The notes under the pieces were generated by a model. That model worked only from the letters and a program-made list of their open reading frames with translations. It was not told the origin of the DNA and searched no databases. Below are positions 9,831 to 21,010 of a stretch of DNA of 64,000 nucleotides, one piece after another. Within the stretch, counting starts at the first letter, position 1; the number at the start of each line of letters is the position of its first letter. This DNA is from an uncultured delta proteobacterium (lineage in GTDB: Bacteria > Desulfobacterota > Binatia > Bin18), in NCBI GenBank assembly GCA_963733195.1, contig CAVTCR010000062.1, forward strand, positions 224,001-288,000, written 5' to 3'. The position numbers and the translations under genes are program-made.

Positions 9831-10629
9831 TTACTTTCCCTTAAACACCGGCTTGCGTTTCTCCCGCCAGGCGCGGTGGGCTTCGTGGCTGTCTTCGGTC
9901 TGTCCGAGCAACATGAAGCGATAGATATCGGTCTGTGCCGCGTCCTTGAGCGAGGCGATATCTAACCCTTTGTTGAGCGACTCTTTCGCCATCTTCACTG
10001 CTAGTGGCGGTAATGCCGCCAAGCGTTTGGCGTAGTTGTATGCCAAGTGGCATCAGTTCAGGCAGTGGAACGACTTTGTTGACCAAGCCAACACGATAGG
10101 CTTCTGCTGCATTGATACGTTCACCGAGTAGTACCATCTCCATGGCTTTGCCACGACCGACATAACGCGCGAGACGCACTGCGCCACCGTAGGCTGGAAT
10201 GATCCCTAGCGGAACTTGCGGTAGTCCTAATTCAGCATTTTCCGAGGCTAACAGGATGTCACCACATAAGGTGATCAGACAGCCAATGCCGACGGCAAAG
10301 CCGTTAATCGCTACCACGACCGGTTTGGGATAATCGGCAACCGCATTAAACACCGCAAAGCCACGCGGACTCACCGTCGCCAGATGTTCACCAGCAGAGT
10401 TTACACGGTGGGTCTTCGGATTGCCCAAGTCCGCACCGGCAGAAAAGGCTTGCGTACCTGTGCCGGTTAGCACTGTCACCAACACTTCTGGATCGTCTTC
10501 CATCACTTTGAACACATCGACCACATCTTCCGACATCTGTGTAGTCCAGGCATTACGCTTCTCTGGTCGATTGAGTGTGACAGTGGCGATGTTCTCCGCT
10601 TTTGCATAGATAAGTGTTTCGTATGACAT
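9831..10629 (-). CDS. Enoyl-CoA hydratase/isomerase (crotonase) family, frameshift near 10045
   Basis: TLNRPEKRNA, AFSAGADL, PKPVVVAING; C-terminus AWREKRKPVFKGK in ORF 9831..10046. Confidence 0.88.
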
Positions 10630-10707
10630 GAGGCCTCCGTATTGCGTGTTGCGTAATGCGTAAAAATTAACCACCACCCTCCCCCTTACGTTTTACGTTT
10701 CACGTGC

Positions 10708-12064
10708 TTATTCCTTTCCATTCCCGTGTACTTCAAACACCATATGCCCTACAGCTTCCTGAGCTGCAATACGTTCGACAACTTCAGGCGCAAGTTCAAT
10801 CCGTCGATGTTCAGGAAACTTGTCACGATACAGTAGGGGGCGCAGATAGAATTGGTCAGGATAGTCGACTTGCGCGCGACTTTTGTAGGAACTTAAGAAC
10901 CAGCTGCGCCGGAGAAATTCGGGATTGAAATAGGACTCCCAGTGATCTTCGAGCCAGTTGACCTTGCGATGATAGTCGTGAAACCCTGCGGTCATCACGT
11001 CAATATCTGCCGCCCAGTAGAGAACAACAAGTGGTGTGTATCCTCGTCGTCCATCTTCGGGATACTCACTTCGCTCCAATCGTTCCGCAACCATTCGTAG
11101 TTTGCCCTCGCGATCGTATTGCTCAATGCGCAGTGGGCAGAACATCTTCTTATCGATCCAGTAGATGAGTTTGCTGCAATAATAATCAGGCAACCAGTCT
11201 GGTCGGGGTAGCGATTCCACCACGTAACATTCCACGCCGCCATCGGAAGTGTACGCAGGGTAACTATCTCCCATCACTTTCAGTGCTTTGGCTTCTTGCT
11301 CATAAATCGAACCATCTTGGCGAGTGATCGGCACCACCGCGCGGGTGTTAGGAAAGCGCACGGTAGAGTACAACACATCAGTGCCAAGAATCTTCCAAGA
11401 AAACTCCCACGGGTCGCGCCCTTGTAAATCATCAAACGACTGGGCGTTATACGGGAAGCGATCGGTGCGGCGCGGTTGGGGTTGGCGACGAATACGACGC
11501 AGTCCTGGTCGATACAAGTAGCGGTCTTGCTTCTTGGTGAAGGAATGGTCAGTACGATACTCAAACCAGAGCTGCTGATCGCCGTCCGATTCCGGTGGGC
11601 TAGTGAATTGTGAGAACGCACGCATGTACTGCGTTCCCGGCGGCATACGCAGCAGACTTGCCACTCCGTCTTGAGGAAAATAGAGAATTGCCGTGTTGTT
11701 CTTCAGCGTGGTGAGGATGTACCCGTCTGCGGTTATACTTTGCACAACACTGAGCCAGATGTGCGAGAAGCGTGGACGCAGGGTGTCAAGTTCAAACGCA
11801 AGATAGCCTAACTCTTCAGCGGTATACGGCGGTACGAAAAGGATACGGCTCAGCCGGCAGATACGGAATCTGCGAATCACGCGGAGTTTCAACTCGCAAA
11901 TCGATAGTCGCGCGTTCGTCCGCTGAAAGTTCGTCGAGTGTTTTCCATGTTTTGCTTACGCCTTGGGCAGCAACAGGTAGCGCTCTGTGTAACCCTACAC
12001 TGACAAACAGGCTGACCACTACTACCCAAGAGAATCGTGCTTGGTATGATACGTGTCTATGCAT
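10708..12064 (-). CDS. DUF1329-like (outer-membrane lipoprotein-sorting-like) secreted protein, frameshift near 11835
   Basis: Signal-like N-terminus; PPYTAEELGY; YLYRPGLRRIRR; YYCSKLIYWIDK; EQYDREGKL. Confidence 0.65.
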
Positions 12065-12460
12065 GCAAAACTCAGAGAAGCAATTTCATTATTCAATCAA
12101 CGTGAGTACTTCAATTGTCACGAACTCCTCGAAGACATCTGGCGTGATGCTGAAGGAGACGACCGCCATTTCTACGAAGGATTGATCCGCTTGGCAACGG
12201 GCATGCATTTGCGCGTCAACCGTCGCATCCCGCAGGGAGCAGTAAATCTACTGAAGCAAGGCTTGATGCGTCTGGAAAATTATCGTCCGACATATAATGG
12301 CGTCGATATCGCACGCTTATACACTGATATCGAATCCCACCTCGAAGAAGTCAAAGCCTCGAAGAATCCCCAAGCAGGGTTTTTTGAGCGTTGGCGGGCA
12401 CCACGGATTCATCTTCGTCAGTTAAAAGCACTATGCTTCTGGCGGGCGCAGCCCGGCTGA
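12059..12460 (+). CDS. DUF309 domain protein
   Basis: LFNQREYFNCHELLEDIW...FYEGLI...H motif. Confidence 0.85.
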   Translation: MHAKLREAISLFNQREYFNCHELLEDIWRDAEGDDRHFYEGLIRLATGMHLRVNRRIPQGAVNLLKQGLMRLENYRPTYNGVDIARLYTDIESHLEEVKASKNPQAGFFERWRAPRIHLRQLKALCFWRAQPG

Positions 12461-12614
12461 GAACTAGGGGAAATGGGGAAAGAGTCTAGGAGTCTGAGCG
12501 TCTAGGAGTCGAAACAAGGTCTTCTCCTTTTCCCCGTTTCCCTTTTCGCCGTTTGCCCTCTTGAAACCGTAGCACACGTCGTGTGCACTAACGCACGGTC
12601 TCGCTTCCTCACTC

Positions 12615-13232
12615 TTAGTATGTTTTCAATTTCTTCGACCGTATCACGCGACTATGCGGAATCCGTAGCGAGCCGCGTTTACGGGCGCCATAAATTGCCC
12701 CGATGGCACTTCCACAGCGTGGAGTGGCTTCCCACGATAACTTATCGCCGATGGGAACAGAGTGACTCCCGGAGAATTGTGCGTCTTCACCTTTGTTGAT
12801 CCCGTTCGGAGCCGCCGCCAGCTCAATCCTACCACTGACCCTGCCAAGCTCATTGATCACCGCAACTTCTACCGTAGGAGCATTACACAGCCCACGTCCG
12901 CCATTCCGCATCGTCCCAGAAATCCAAAAATTGCCACTCGGATACTCAACCCAGGCTTTTGGCTGCCTGAGGCTTGGCGAAGGCAAGGCAGTACGTTGCG
13001 CTCGTGCTCCCCGTCGTGGTGAAGAGTTGCCGGGTTCTTCAGTGACGGATGTTTCCGACTGTCCTTCCGGGAGCGAGAATGGCGCAGTTCCTTTCTGGAA
13101 CGGTGTGGCTCCAGGAGCCGGCTTATCACCGTAGTGGATCACCCCTTTCTCGTCTTCCCATTTGTAGATGTCTTGTGCGTGAGCAGCCGGCAATGGGACA
13201 GTCAAGCACACTATCACCAGAAGTGTTCTCAC
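12615..13232 (-). CDS. DUF4124 domain secreted protein
   Basis: Signal peptide, then IYKWEDEKGVIHYGDKP; C-terminal beta domain. Confidence 0.75.
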   Translation of the reverse strand: MRTLLVIVCLTVPLPAAHAQDIYKWEDEKGVIHYGDKPAPGATPFQKGTAPFSLPEGQSETSVTEEPGNSSPRRGARAQRTALPSPSLRQPKAWVEYPSGNFWISGTMRNGGRGLCNAPTVEVAVINELGRVSGRIELAAAPNGINKGEDAQFSGSHSVPIGDKLSWEATPRCGSAIGAIYGARKRGSLRIPHSRVIRSKKLKTY

Positions 13233-13411
13233 GCTTTGCTCCTTTCGGGTAGACTCATCCTTTTCGTTATAAAGGGGGACAACACCTCACCGCAAGAGTC
13301 ACGGTCCCATTGCGCCCCGCCAGGTTTTCTTATAGGCCAAAGGCTTACCTCTAGCACCTGGGCACTCAGCCTGAGGTGCTGGGACACGCAAGATGAGGAG
13401 TCCTAACGCTC

Positions 13412-14482
13412 ATGGCTATGACAATTCCAGTCACCCGTACGACAAGTCCGAAGGCGAAGCCGCGCGATGAAGAACTTGGGTTTGGTCGATATTTCACCGA
13501 CCACATGTTCTTGATGGATGCTACTGCCGACCAAGGCTGGCATAATCCGCGGGTTGTGCCGTACGGGCCATTAACGCTAGAACCCTCAGCCGCAGTGTTG
13601 CATTACAGTCAGGAAATTTTTGAAGGCTTGAAAGCCTATCGTTCACCACGTGGGACGACGTTGCTCTTCCGGCCCGACAAAAATGCCGCGCGCTTGAACC
13701 ACTCGTGCGAACGCATGTGCATGCCGAAGATGGATACGGAATTGTTCCTCTCAGCCATCAAGAGTGTGGTCTCGACTGACCGTGATTGGGTACCACGAGC
13801 ACCAGGCACGTCGCTCTACATTCGTCCGGCGATGATCGCTACCGAACCCTTCCTCGGGGTTCGCCCATCGCAGAGCTATCTCTTCTTTATCATCCTCTCG
13901 CCAGTAGGTGCGTATTATGCTGAAGGCTTCAATCCAGTAAAGATTTTGGTTGAAGATCACTACGTCCGCGCGGTGAGAGGCGGAACCGGAGACGCGAAGA
14001 CTGGCGGAAACTATGCTGCTAGCCTCGCAGCGGCAGAAGAGGCGCATCACAAAGGCTACACCCAGGTTTTGTGGCTCGACGGTGTTGAGCGGAAATACAT
14101 TGAAGAAGTCGGCTCGATGAATATCGCTTTTGTTATTGATAACGAACTCGTCACCCCGTCGCTCAACGGCTCAACGCTCGCAGGCATCACTCGGGACACG
14201 GTGTTACAACTAGCGCGGGATTGGGGCATTCGTGTTGCCGAGCGACAGATCAGCATCAGCGAAGTGTTCACCGCCGCAAAGAACAGACGATTGAGTGAAG
14301 TCTTCGGTATGGGCACAGCAGCAGTAATCTCACCTGTCAGTGAGTTAGCCTACAAAGAAGAAAAACTCACGATTGGCAACGGCAAGGTCGGGCCATTGGC
14401 ACAACGTCTCTTCGATGACATCTCCGCCATCCAACGCGGTCTCAAGCCCGACCCACATGGGTGGGTGGTAGAGGTAGATTAA
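13412..14482 (+). CDS. ilvE: Branched-chain amino acid aminotransferase
   Basis: FGRYFTDHM, LHYSQEIFEGLKAY, AKTGGNY (PLP Lys), EEVGSMN, LAGITRD, GTAAVISPV. Confidence 0.95.
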   Translation: MAMTIPVTRTTSPKAKPRDEELGFGRYFTDHMFLMDATADQGWHNPRVVPYGPLTLEPSAAVLHYSQEIFEGLKAYRSPRGTTLLFRPDKNAARLNHSCERMCMPKMDTELFLSAIKSVVSTDRDWVPRAPGTSLYIRPAMIATEPFLGVRPSQSYLFFIILSPVGAYYAEGFNPVKILVEDHYVRAVRGGTGDAKTGGNYAASLAAAEEAHHKGYTQVLWLDGVERKYIEEVGSMNIAFVIDNELVTPSLNGSTLAGITRDTVLQLARDWGIRVAERQISISEVFTAAKNRRLSEVFGMGTAAVISPVSELAYKEEKLTIGNGKVGPLAQRLFDDISAIQRGLKPDPHGWVVEVD

Positions 14483-14488
14483 GGTGGA

Positions 14489-15799
14489 TTACCGCCCACT
14501 CTGCAGGAGAAAGTTCGTCGAATAGGCATCCGGTGCTGCTTCAGCTACCGCCTCGTTGAAATACCACTCGTTCTCACGGTCGATTGCTTTTTTCTTGCTG
14601 GTTGGAGCCTCACCGATCGTGGCTTGGTTTTGGATCATATCTACTAACACCCAGTTTGGTACGAAGTGTTGCTCTTCTTCGTAGTTGTATTTTCCATCCC
14701 TGAGTGGTTTCGCTGGGTACCCTTCATACGGCTTCTTGGTATAAAAAATACTCGCCACATGCGATTTCCACAGCGCATCTTCTTGGTTGTACATTTCGTG
14801 AATCAGCGGCGAGAAGAAATCTTTGTCGATATAGAGAATCCGTTTGCTGTAGGCATAACTACGCGGATACGCAGTCGGCGTTCCTTCGATCACCCACACC
14901 TGCCGTTTCTCCCATGACACACAAGGAAACGCAGCCAGGATTCCGTGTTTGCCATCGCGTGGCGCACACCACTGCGAGGGGTCGCCATACTTACCACTAT
15001 GGGCAATAGCAAGGACTTCCTTTTCGGCGAGCACGCGGAAATCCCAATGGGCAATGCTACCGTTAAAGCCGTACATCGCATCGACATCAAAGTCCGAACC
15101 ACCTAACGCCGCACTGCGATCAGAAAAACTGATACGTCGCACCTTGCGCATTTCTGGAGCGTAAATGTAGGTGTCCTCTGGCCGATCGCGCGGGATGTAG
15201 TGAAAGAATAACACTGCCAAGCCTTTCAGGTCAGTCGGCATCCAGATAGGGCCAAACAGATTGGAGTGGCGCGTTGGCGGATTATGCGGGATCACTGGCT
15301 GTGGCTCTGTGTATAAACGGCCAACCCACATCAGCCGCCGCCAGGCCATTTCATAAGTTCGCTCGCTCGATCCGCTACTGTCCACAACGTCCGCGACAAA
15401 GGTCGTTCCAGCATTGTCGATCACCGCCGGACTGTGTTCGTGATTCCACATGACTTTGAAACCTGCGAGCGGATCATTGGCATCAATCGCCGGAAACGGA
15501 GCACCGGCAACGTAGTTCATGATGTCGCGTCCGTCTTCAGAAATCTTGACTTGCGCCGCATATTTCTCGGTCGCTTCTTTATATGCTTCGGGCCATTTGA
15601 CCTTGCGAGTCTCGATCACTTGGATCGTCATGCCACGGTCAACCATCCAGCGGATCGATGGTGTGAGGAATTCTTCGGCTTGGACAGCGTTCTCTTTGGT
15701 GATGATGTCACCAGGTTTGATGTCGGCGTGTGCAGAATAAAGAAAACAGATAGTGAAAATGGCAACGAGAAATGCGCAATATGCAGATGAGTGAGTCAT
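14489..15799 (-). CDS. DUF1329 domain protein
   Basis: ADIKPGDIITKEN, YKEATEKY, GAPFPAID..DPLAGFKVMWN, YIYAPEMRKVRR, YSKRILYIDK. Confidence 0.8.
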   Translation of the reverse strand: MTHSSAYCAFLVAIFTICFLYSAHADIKPGDIITKENAVQAEEFLTPSIRWMVDRGMTIQVIETRKVKWPEAYKEATEKYAAQVKISEDGRDIMNYVAGAPFPAIDANDPLAGFKVMWNHEHSPAVIDNAGTTFVADVVDSSGSSERTYEMAWRRLMWVGRLYTEPQPVIPHNPPTRHSNLFGPIWMPTDLKGLAVLFFHYIPRDRPEDTYIYAPEMRKVRRISFSDRSAALGGSDFDVDAMYGFNGSIAHWDFRVLAEKEVLAIAHSGKYGDPSQWCAPRDGKHGILAAFPCVSWEKRQVWVIEGTPTAYPRSYAYSKRILYIDKDFFSPLIHEMYNQEDALWKSHVASIFYTKKPYEGYPAKPLRDGKYNYEEEQHFVPNWVLVDMIQNQATIGEAPTSKKKAIDRENEWYFNEAVAEAAPDAYSTNFLLQSGR

Positions 15800-15913
15800 G
15801 GGATTTTCTTGAGTATGGTTGCGATTGCAAGCGAAAAGGGCGCACTGCCGTGCACTGGTCACGACTTAAGGGTACATGCCGCTTTTTGGGCTATGCCAAA
15901 GCGGATGAGGGTT

Positions 15914-16038
15914 CCTTCTCCCTTCCGGGAGAAGGTCAGGGATGAGGAGAAGAGATAAAATGCCCCTTCTGTTTCGATCCCCTCACCCTAGCCTCCTCCG
16001 ACTACGCGAAGGACAAGCTCTCCCACCGTGGAGAAGGA
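15914..16038. repeat. REP-like palindromic element (CCCTCTCCC..GGGAGAGG class)
   Basis: CCTTCTCCCttccGGGAGAAGG...CCCCTCACCCTAGCC...CTCTCCCaccgTGGAGAAGG, intergenic; related copy at 8083-8101. Confidence 0.6.
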
Positions 16039-16109
16039 ATTGCGACACAAGCGACGGCTTAAGTTGGGACCGGTGACAGCTGTGCGCCCCTACAATAAAG
16101 CAAGGATTC

Positions 16110-16589
16110 CTATCCGCCGTAATTCAGGTTCAGCTCTTTCAAGGTAAGGGCATCGCTCTGTTTCTTGAGCCCTGCCTCGACAACCTCACCAACCACAACT
16201 GTGTGATCACCATATTCGTGAAACCCGACAACTTTGCACTCAACCCACGCAGGGGCATCACTGAGGATCGGGCAACCCGTGTTGGCTCCGGTTTCAAAAG
16301 CAAACCCCCCAAGTTTTCCACCTTCAGGTTCGACATGCTTGAAGAACGCAAAGGCTTGGTCTTTCTGGCCAGTCCCTAAGAAACTCAGAGTAAACACTTT
16401 CCCGTTCTTCACCATTCCATGCGCGCCAGAATCACCCTTGACCCCCACAACCACAAGAGGTGGCTTAAAAGAAACTTGAGTTGTCCAGTTGACCGTGGCG
16501 AGCGTGATTTTGTCGCCTTCCTTCGCACCCAGTACTTGTAGTCCGTACGGAATCATCCGTAACGCGGTCTTTCTTGCTGCTTCATCCAT
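16110..16589 (-). CDS. Flavin reductase-like (RutF/DIM6) protein
   Basis: ALRMIPYGL, TVNWTTQVSFKPP, GDHTVVVGEV. Confidence 0.88.
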   Translation of the reverse strand: MDEAARKTALRMIPYGLQVLGAKEGDKITLATVNWTTQVSFKPPLVVVGVKGDSGAHGMVKNGKVFTLSFLGTGQKDQAFAFFKHVEPEGGKLGGFAFETGANTGCPILSDAPAWVECKVVGFHEYGDHTVVVGEVVEAGLKKQSDALTLKELNLNYGG

Positions 16590-16735
16590 GGTGGGTCCTC
16601 CTTACTTTTATCGCGAGAATGGGCAGACGATAGCCGCCTGCCTTCCCCTCTGTCAATCATGGAGCCAACCTTGCCCCTGAAGAAGGAATTTGCTTAGATT
16701 CGCCTTCATTCATTGGACTGAGGAGGATCTTCTTC

Positions 16736-17041
16736 ATGGGTAATTTTGTCAAAGTGGCCCAGGCAAGTGAAATTCCCGCTGGTCAAGTCAAATGTGTAGA
16801 AGTTGGCGACAAGCGGATCGCGATCTTCAACCTCGATGGAACGTATCATGCAGTAGATGAGGTCTGTCCCCATCAAGCCGGGCCACTAAGCGAAGGAGAG
16901 ATCGAGGGCACGGTCGTCACCTGCCCGTGGCATGGGTGGGAGTTTGATATCACTACGGGTGTGAATCGTGACGATCCAGACACGGTACTAGAAAAGTTTG
17001 CCGTAAAAGTTGAGGGAAATGATATTCTGGTTGAGGTGTGA
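16736..17041 (+). CDS. Rieske [2Fe-2S] ferredoxin
   Basis: CPHQAGPL...CPWHGWEFD; RBS GAGGAGG. Confidence 0.92.
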   Translation: MGNFVKVAQASEIPAGQVKCVEVGDKRIAIFNLDGTYHAVDEVCPHQAGPLSEGEIEGTVVTCPWHGWEFDITTGVNRDDPDTVLEKFAVKVEGNDILVEV

Positions 17042-17211
17042 GGATAGGAAACATGATGCGTAAAACGTGGTGCGTGATGCGTAAAATGTAAGCCGTAACA
17101 TGTGGACACAACACGTACCACGCAACACGTCATAACATAGTGCGTGTTACATGGCCTCACTTTCTATATCTGCGCTTTCTTCAGTCACCAAGCTCTGTTA
17201 ACGTCTTTTCC

Positions 17212-18285
17212 ATGAAAACTCCCTTGTCCTCTTGGCATCGCGCTCACGGAGCGACTTTCGTGAATGACCGTGGCATTGAACTGCCGGAGCGATTCACCGA
17301 TCCAGTCGAAGAGTATCAAGCTGTTCGGGAAAAAGCCGGTTTAATCGACCTGTCGTTTCGCGTTCAAGTTCGCATGACTGGTGAGGATCGGATTTCATTC
17401 CTCCAAGGTATGATCTCGAATGATGTCAAAGCGTTACAGCCCGGCACCGGCTGCGCGGCAACGTTGCTAACCGAACAAGGTCGCATCGTTGCTGATCTTC
17501 GCGTGTATGCCTTGGACAATGCGCTCCTTCTCGATGTCGATGCACGAGTCAGAGAGAAAATGATAGAGGCACTCTCACGTTTTATCATTGCTGACGATGT
17601 CGAGATGGAGGACCTGAGTGAACAGCAAGTGACGTTTGCTGTACAGGGACCGACGGCAGCTCAGATCCTTGCTACTGCCGGACTGTCGCTTTCGTTAGAT
17701 AAGCCGTTTCAACACCAGGAGGTAAAACTGGCGGGTATTACCGCTCGGGTTATCCGAGTGAGTGACACTGGCGAGGAAGGATACGAAGTCCTCGCCCCAG
17801 TTGAATATGCAGAACAATGCTGGACAGCACTGCTGCACGCAGGTGAACCCTTGGGGCTTCGTCCGGTCGGTCTCGCCGCACTGCAAATGCTTCGGGTTGA
17901 AGCAGGCATTCCGTGGTACGGCCTGGATATGGATGAAGGACGGATTGTCCTGGAGGTCGGCTTAGAACATGCTATCAGTTTTAAGAAAGGCTGTTACTTA
18001 GGACAAGAAGTCGTCGAACGGGCAACAGCGCGTGGCCATGTCAATCGTAAACTGAGTGGACTGCTGCTTCATGGAAATACACTTCCAGAAAATGGCACAA
18101 AACTCTTCCACGGTACTCAAGAAGTTGGCTGGGTAACAAGTGCCGTTCAGTCGCCACGTTTCGGGCATCCGATTGCGCTCGGATATGTGCGACGCGAGCA
18201 TCTCACGCCTGGTACTCAACTACGGATTGACAGCCACGGAACGCCCATGATAGCGGAAGTGGCAACGCTACCGTTTTCTCGGTGA
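17212..18285 (+). CDS. ygfZ: YgfZ/GcvT-family folate-binding protein
   Basis: GcvT fold with the YgfZ signature KGCYLGQE. Confidence 0.8.
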   Translation: MKTPLSSWHRAHGATFVNDRGIELPERFTDPVEEYQAVREKAGLIDLSFRVQVRMTGEDRISFLQGMISNDVKALQPGTGCAATLLTEQGRIVADLRVYALDNALLLDVDARVREKMIEALSRFIIADDVEMEDLSEQQVTFAVQGPTAAQILATAGLSLSLDKPFQHQEVKLAGITARVIRVSDTGEEGYEVLAPVEYAEQCWTALLHAGEPLGLRPVGLAALQMLRVEAGIPWYGLDMDEGRIVLEVGLEHAISFKKGCYLGQEVVERATARGHVNRKLSGLLLHGNTLPENGTKLFHGTQEVGWVTSAVQSPRFGHPIALGYVRREHLTPGTQLRIDSHGTPMIAEVATLPFSR

Positions 18286-18311
18286 TTCCGAGTCTCGTTC
18301 AGGAGGGAGTT

Positions 18312-18461
18312 ATGGCTCAGCTTGGTAAACGTTATTTTTGTGAAACCTGCGGCACGGAAGTGCTCTGCAACAAACCTAGTACTGGTAACGATGGTAACCT
18401 CAATTGCTGTGACAAGGACATGCAGTTGAAAGAGGCAAAGCCGTTGCCGTCATCGGACTAA
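18312..18461 (+). CDS. 49-aa desulforedoxin-like Cys-rich protein with C-terminal KPLPSSD (not in ORF track)
   Basis: RBS AGGAGG; MAQLGKRYFCETCGTEVLCNKPSTGNDGNLNCCDKDMQLKEAKPLPSSD; CxxC...CC. Confidence 0.85.
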   Translation: MAQLGKRYFCETCGTEVLCNKPSTGNDGNLNCCDKDMQLKEAKPLPSSD

Positions 18462-18533
18462 GGGCACTCATTTTCGGCTTTTAGCTTGTAGGGGCGCAGC
18501 ATGCTGCGCCCCTACTATTTTCGGCTCTTTCCT

Positions 18534-20066
18534 ATGCCCACCGCCGATCTGCTCCTTCATGGAGGACGAATCCTCACACTTTCTTTGACTAGACCAACTG
18601 CCGAAGCGATTGCCATCGCCGATGGCAAAATTCTCGCCATTGGCAAAGAACGTGATCTACGTGTACTCACTTCTCCTCGCACGCAAAAGATTTCTTGCGC
18701 TGGACGCACGGTTATTCCAGGGTTTATTGATCCGCATTTGCATCTTTTCTCCTGGGCCAGCCGCTTGTGCGGCGTTGACGTCAGCACTGCTCGTTCGTTT
18801 GGAGAAATTCAAACACTACTCACACACCGCCTTTCTTCCCTTGCTTCAGGAACCTGGCTCCGTGGCTATGGCTACGACGAGTTCTTTTTATATGAGAAGC
18901 GTCACCCTACTCGCTTCGATCTCGACGCCGTTTCCATTACACATCCCATTATCCTCCGTCATCGTACTGGCCATGCTGCGATTTTGAATAGTATGGCGTT
19001 ACAGCAAGCAGGAATCGATCGATCGTTCACACCACCCGCAGGCGGCATTGTGGAACACGACCCAGCTACACGTGAGCCGACAGGTGTGGTCTATGAGCTA
19101 GAGAAATTTCTCCGCACAGTTATTCCGCCACTACCTGATGACGAATTTATGACCGCAGTACAGCAAGCGAGTAACGAATTACTCCGTCACGGCGTAACCT
19201 CATTTCACGATGCCAGTGCGGGGAACACGCTGGAAGATTTCGCGTTGTTTCAGCGATTGCGGGACGACGGGATTCTCCAGTCTCGCGCTACGGTCATGAT
19301 CGGTAGCGATTCCTTGCCTCAGCTTATAGAGGCCGGATTGGTACCTTTCAGTGAAGATGAACATCTTCGTTTAGGTAGTGTGAAGATCATGTTGCACGAA
19401 GGTAGCGGAGAGGTATACCCACCACTTGAGGAATTGAACGAAATGGTGTGGCAGGCTCACCAGCACGGTTTCCAAGTGGCATTACATGCAGTCGAAGAAG
19501 GACCGATTTGCGCTGCACTTGAAGCCATCGGGATCGCGTTACAACGTCAGCCACGCACAGATCATCGCCATCGCATTGAGCATTGCACGCTCTGTCCGCC
19601 GCCGTTTATTGAGAAGCTGATTGAAACCGGGATCGCCGTTGTTACGCAGCCCGGGTTTCTTCATTTTTACGGCGAAAAATACCGAGCTGGAATCCCTCCA
19701 GAACAACAGGAGTGGTTGTATCGGACAAAAAGCTTGCTCGCTTCAGGAATTCCGGTCGCTGGCAGTTCTGATTGTCCGATTGCTCCGCTAGCGCCTCTAA
19801 TAAGCTTGCAAACTGCAATGACAAGAAAGACGAGAGAGGGAATGCCTCTCAACCCTCAGGAACAGCTTCCCCTGAACGATGCTTTGACATTATTTACCAG
19901 TGCCGGTGCTTGGCTTAGTTTTGAAGAAGGACAAAAAGGAAAGATTATGCCCGGTATGCTGGCCGACCTCGCCGTGCTTGATGGTGACTTGCGCACGACA
20001 CCAACAGAGGAGATTGGTAAGCTCAAGGTGGTTATGACGATGGTTGGGGGAAAGATTAGTGACTGA
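18534..20066 (+). CDS. Amidohydrolase_3 (YtcJ/NfdA-like) metal-dependent hydrolase
   Basis: PGFIDPHLH, GHAAILNS, ALHAVEE, RHRIEH, GSSDCP, GKIMPGMLADLAVL. Confidence 0.9.
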   Translation: MPTADLLLHGGRILTLSLTRPTAEAIAIADGKILAIGKERDLRVLTSPRTQKISCAGRTVIPGFIDPHLHLFSWASRLCGVDVSTARSFGEIQTLLTHRLSSLASGTWLRGYGYDEFFLYEKRHPTRFDLDAVSITHPIILRHRTGHAAILNSMALQQAGIDRSFTPPAGGIVEHDPATREPTGVVYELEKFLRTVIPPLPDDEFMTAVQQASNELLRHGVTSFHDASAGNTLEDFALFQRLRDDGILQSRATVMIGSDSLPQLIEAGLVPFSEDEHLRLGSVKIMLHEGSGEVYPPLEELNEMVWQAHQHGFQVALHAVEEGPICAALEAIGIALQRQPRTDHRHRIEHCTLCPPPFIEKLIETGIAVVTQPGFLHFYGEKYRAGIPPEQQEWLYRTKSLLASGIPVAGSSDCPIAPLAPLISLQTAMTRKTREGMPLNPQEQLPLNDALTLFTSAGAWLSFEEGQKGKIMPGMLADLAVLDGDLRTTPTEEIGKLKVVMTMVGGKISD

Positions 20067-20228
20067 GCGATGAGTAACGAAGATCTGCACGTAAGGATGT
20101 CACATGATGAAGTGAAAGACGTGTCTAGGTTTGCCTTTCACTCGATTCATCTGTTATGTGCATCCTACTGCACTACTTCTGAATTTCCTATCTACGTTTT
20201 ACGTATCACACTTTACGTTTCACGCCTT

Positions 20229-20939
20229 ATGTCTTTCTCAGCCGTTCTCTACGAAAAAGAAGGTCCGTTGGCGATTGTCGCGCTCAATCGGCCCAAGATG
20301 CTCAATGCCTATAACGTCGAGATGCGTGATGATCTCTATGAGATTCTCTGCGCTGTGCGAGATGATCCCGAGGTCCGGGTCATGATTCTGCGTGGGGAAG
20401 GTTCGGCTTTTTCTACTGGCGGGGACGTCTCAGAGTTTGGCTCGGCTCCATCACCAACCAAAGCCCGAGAGATTCGCTGGCGACGTAATGTATGGGGAAC
20501 GTTATTGAGTCTGCCTCAACCAACCATCGCCGCAGTGCATGGGTTTACGGTTGGTGGCGGTATGGAAATGGCCCTGCTCTGCGATATCACTATTGCCGCA
20601 GATGACACAATTTTCTTCTTACCAGAGACTGGACTGGGAATGATTCCAGGGGTTGGTGGTACACAAACTGCGCCACGTGCTATTGGTCTGGGACGCGCAC
20701 TGGACATGGTTTTGACCGGCAGAAGAGTCAACGCCGAAGAGGCGAGGAACATTGGTCTGGCGAACCGCGTTGTCCCGCGGGAGACCCTCTTGACGGCAGC
20801 TAAAACTCTAGCGTACACACTTGCCAAATGTGATCCCAGGGTTCTTACCCTGGCGAAGCAAGCAATTCGTCAAGGAGCAGATCTTCCTCTGGCTGAGGGA
20901 CTTCAGTTAGAGAAGCGTCTGTTCGCGATGATTGCTTGA
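20229..20939 (+). CDS. Enoyl-CoA hydratase/isomerase family
   Basis: LNRPKMLNA, FSTGGD, GGGMEMAL, PETGLGMIPG (both catalytic Glu present). Confidence 0.9.
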   Translation: MSFSAVLYEKEGPLAIVALNRPKMLNAYNVEMRDDLYEILCAVRDDPEVRVMILRGEGSAFSTGGDVSEFGSAPSPTKAREIRWRRNVWGTLLSLPQPTIAAVHGFTVGGGMEMALLCDITIAADDTIFFLPETGLGMIPGVGGTQTAPRAIGLGRALDMVLTGRRVNAEEARNIGLANRVVPRETLLTAAKTLAYTLAKCDPRVLTLAKQAIRQGADLPLAEGLQLEKRLFAMIA

Positions 20940-21010
20940 TAGACAGATTATGGCTTCTTGCTAAAAGCTAATAGTGAACGGCGAAATGACAACGTAATAA
21001 AGGAGCGGCA

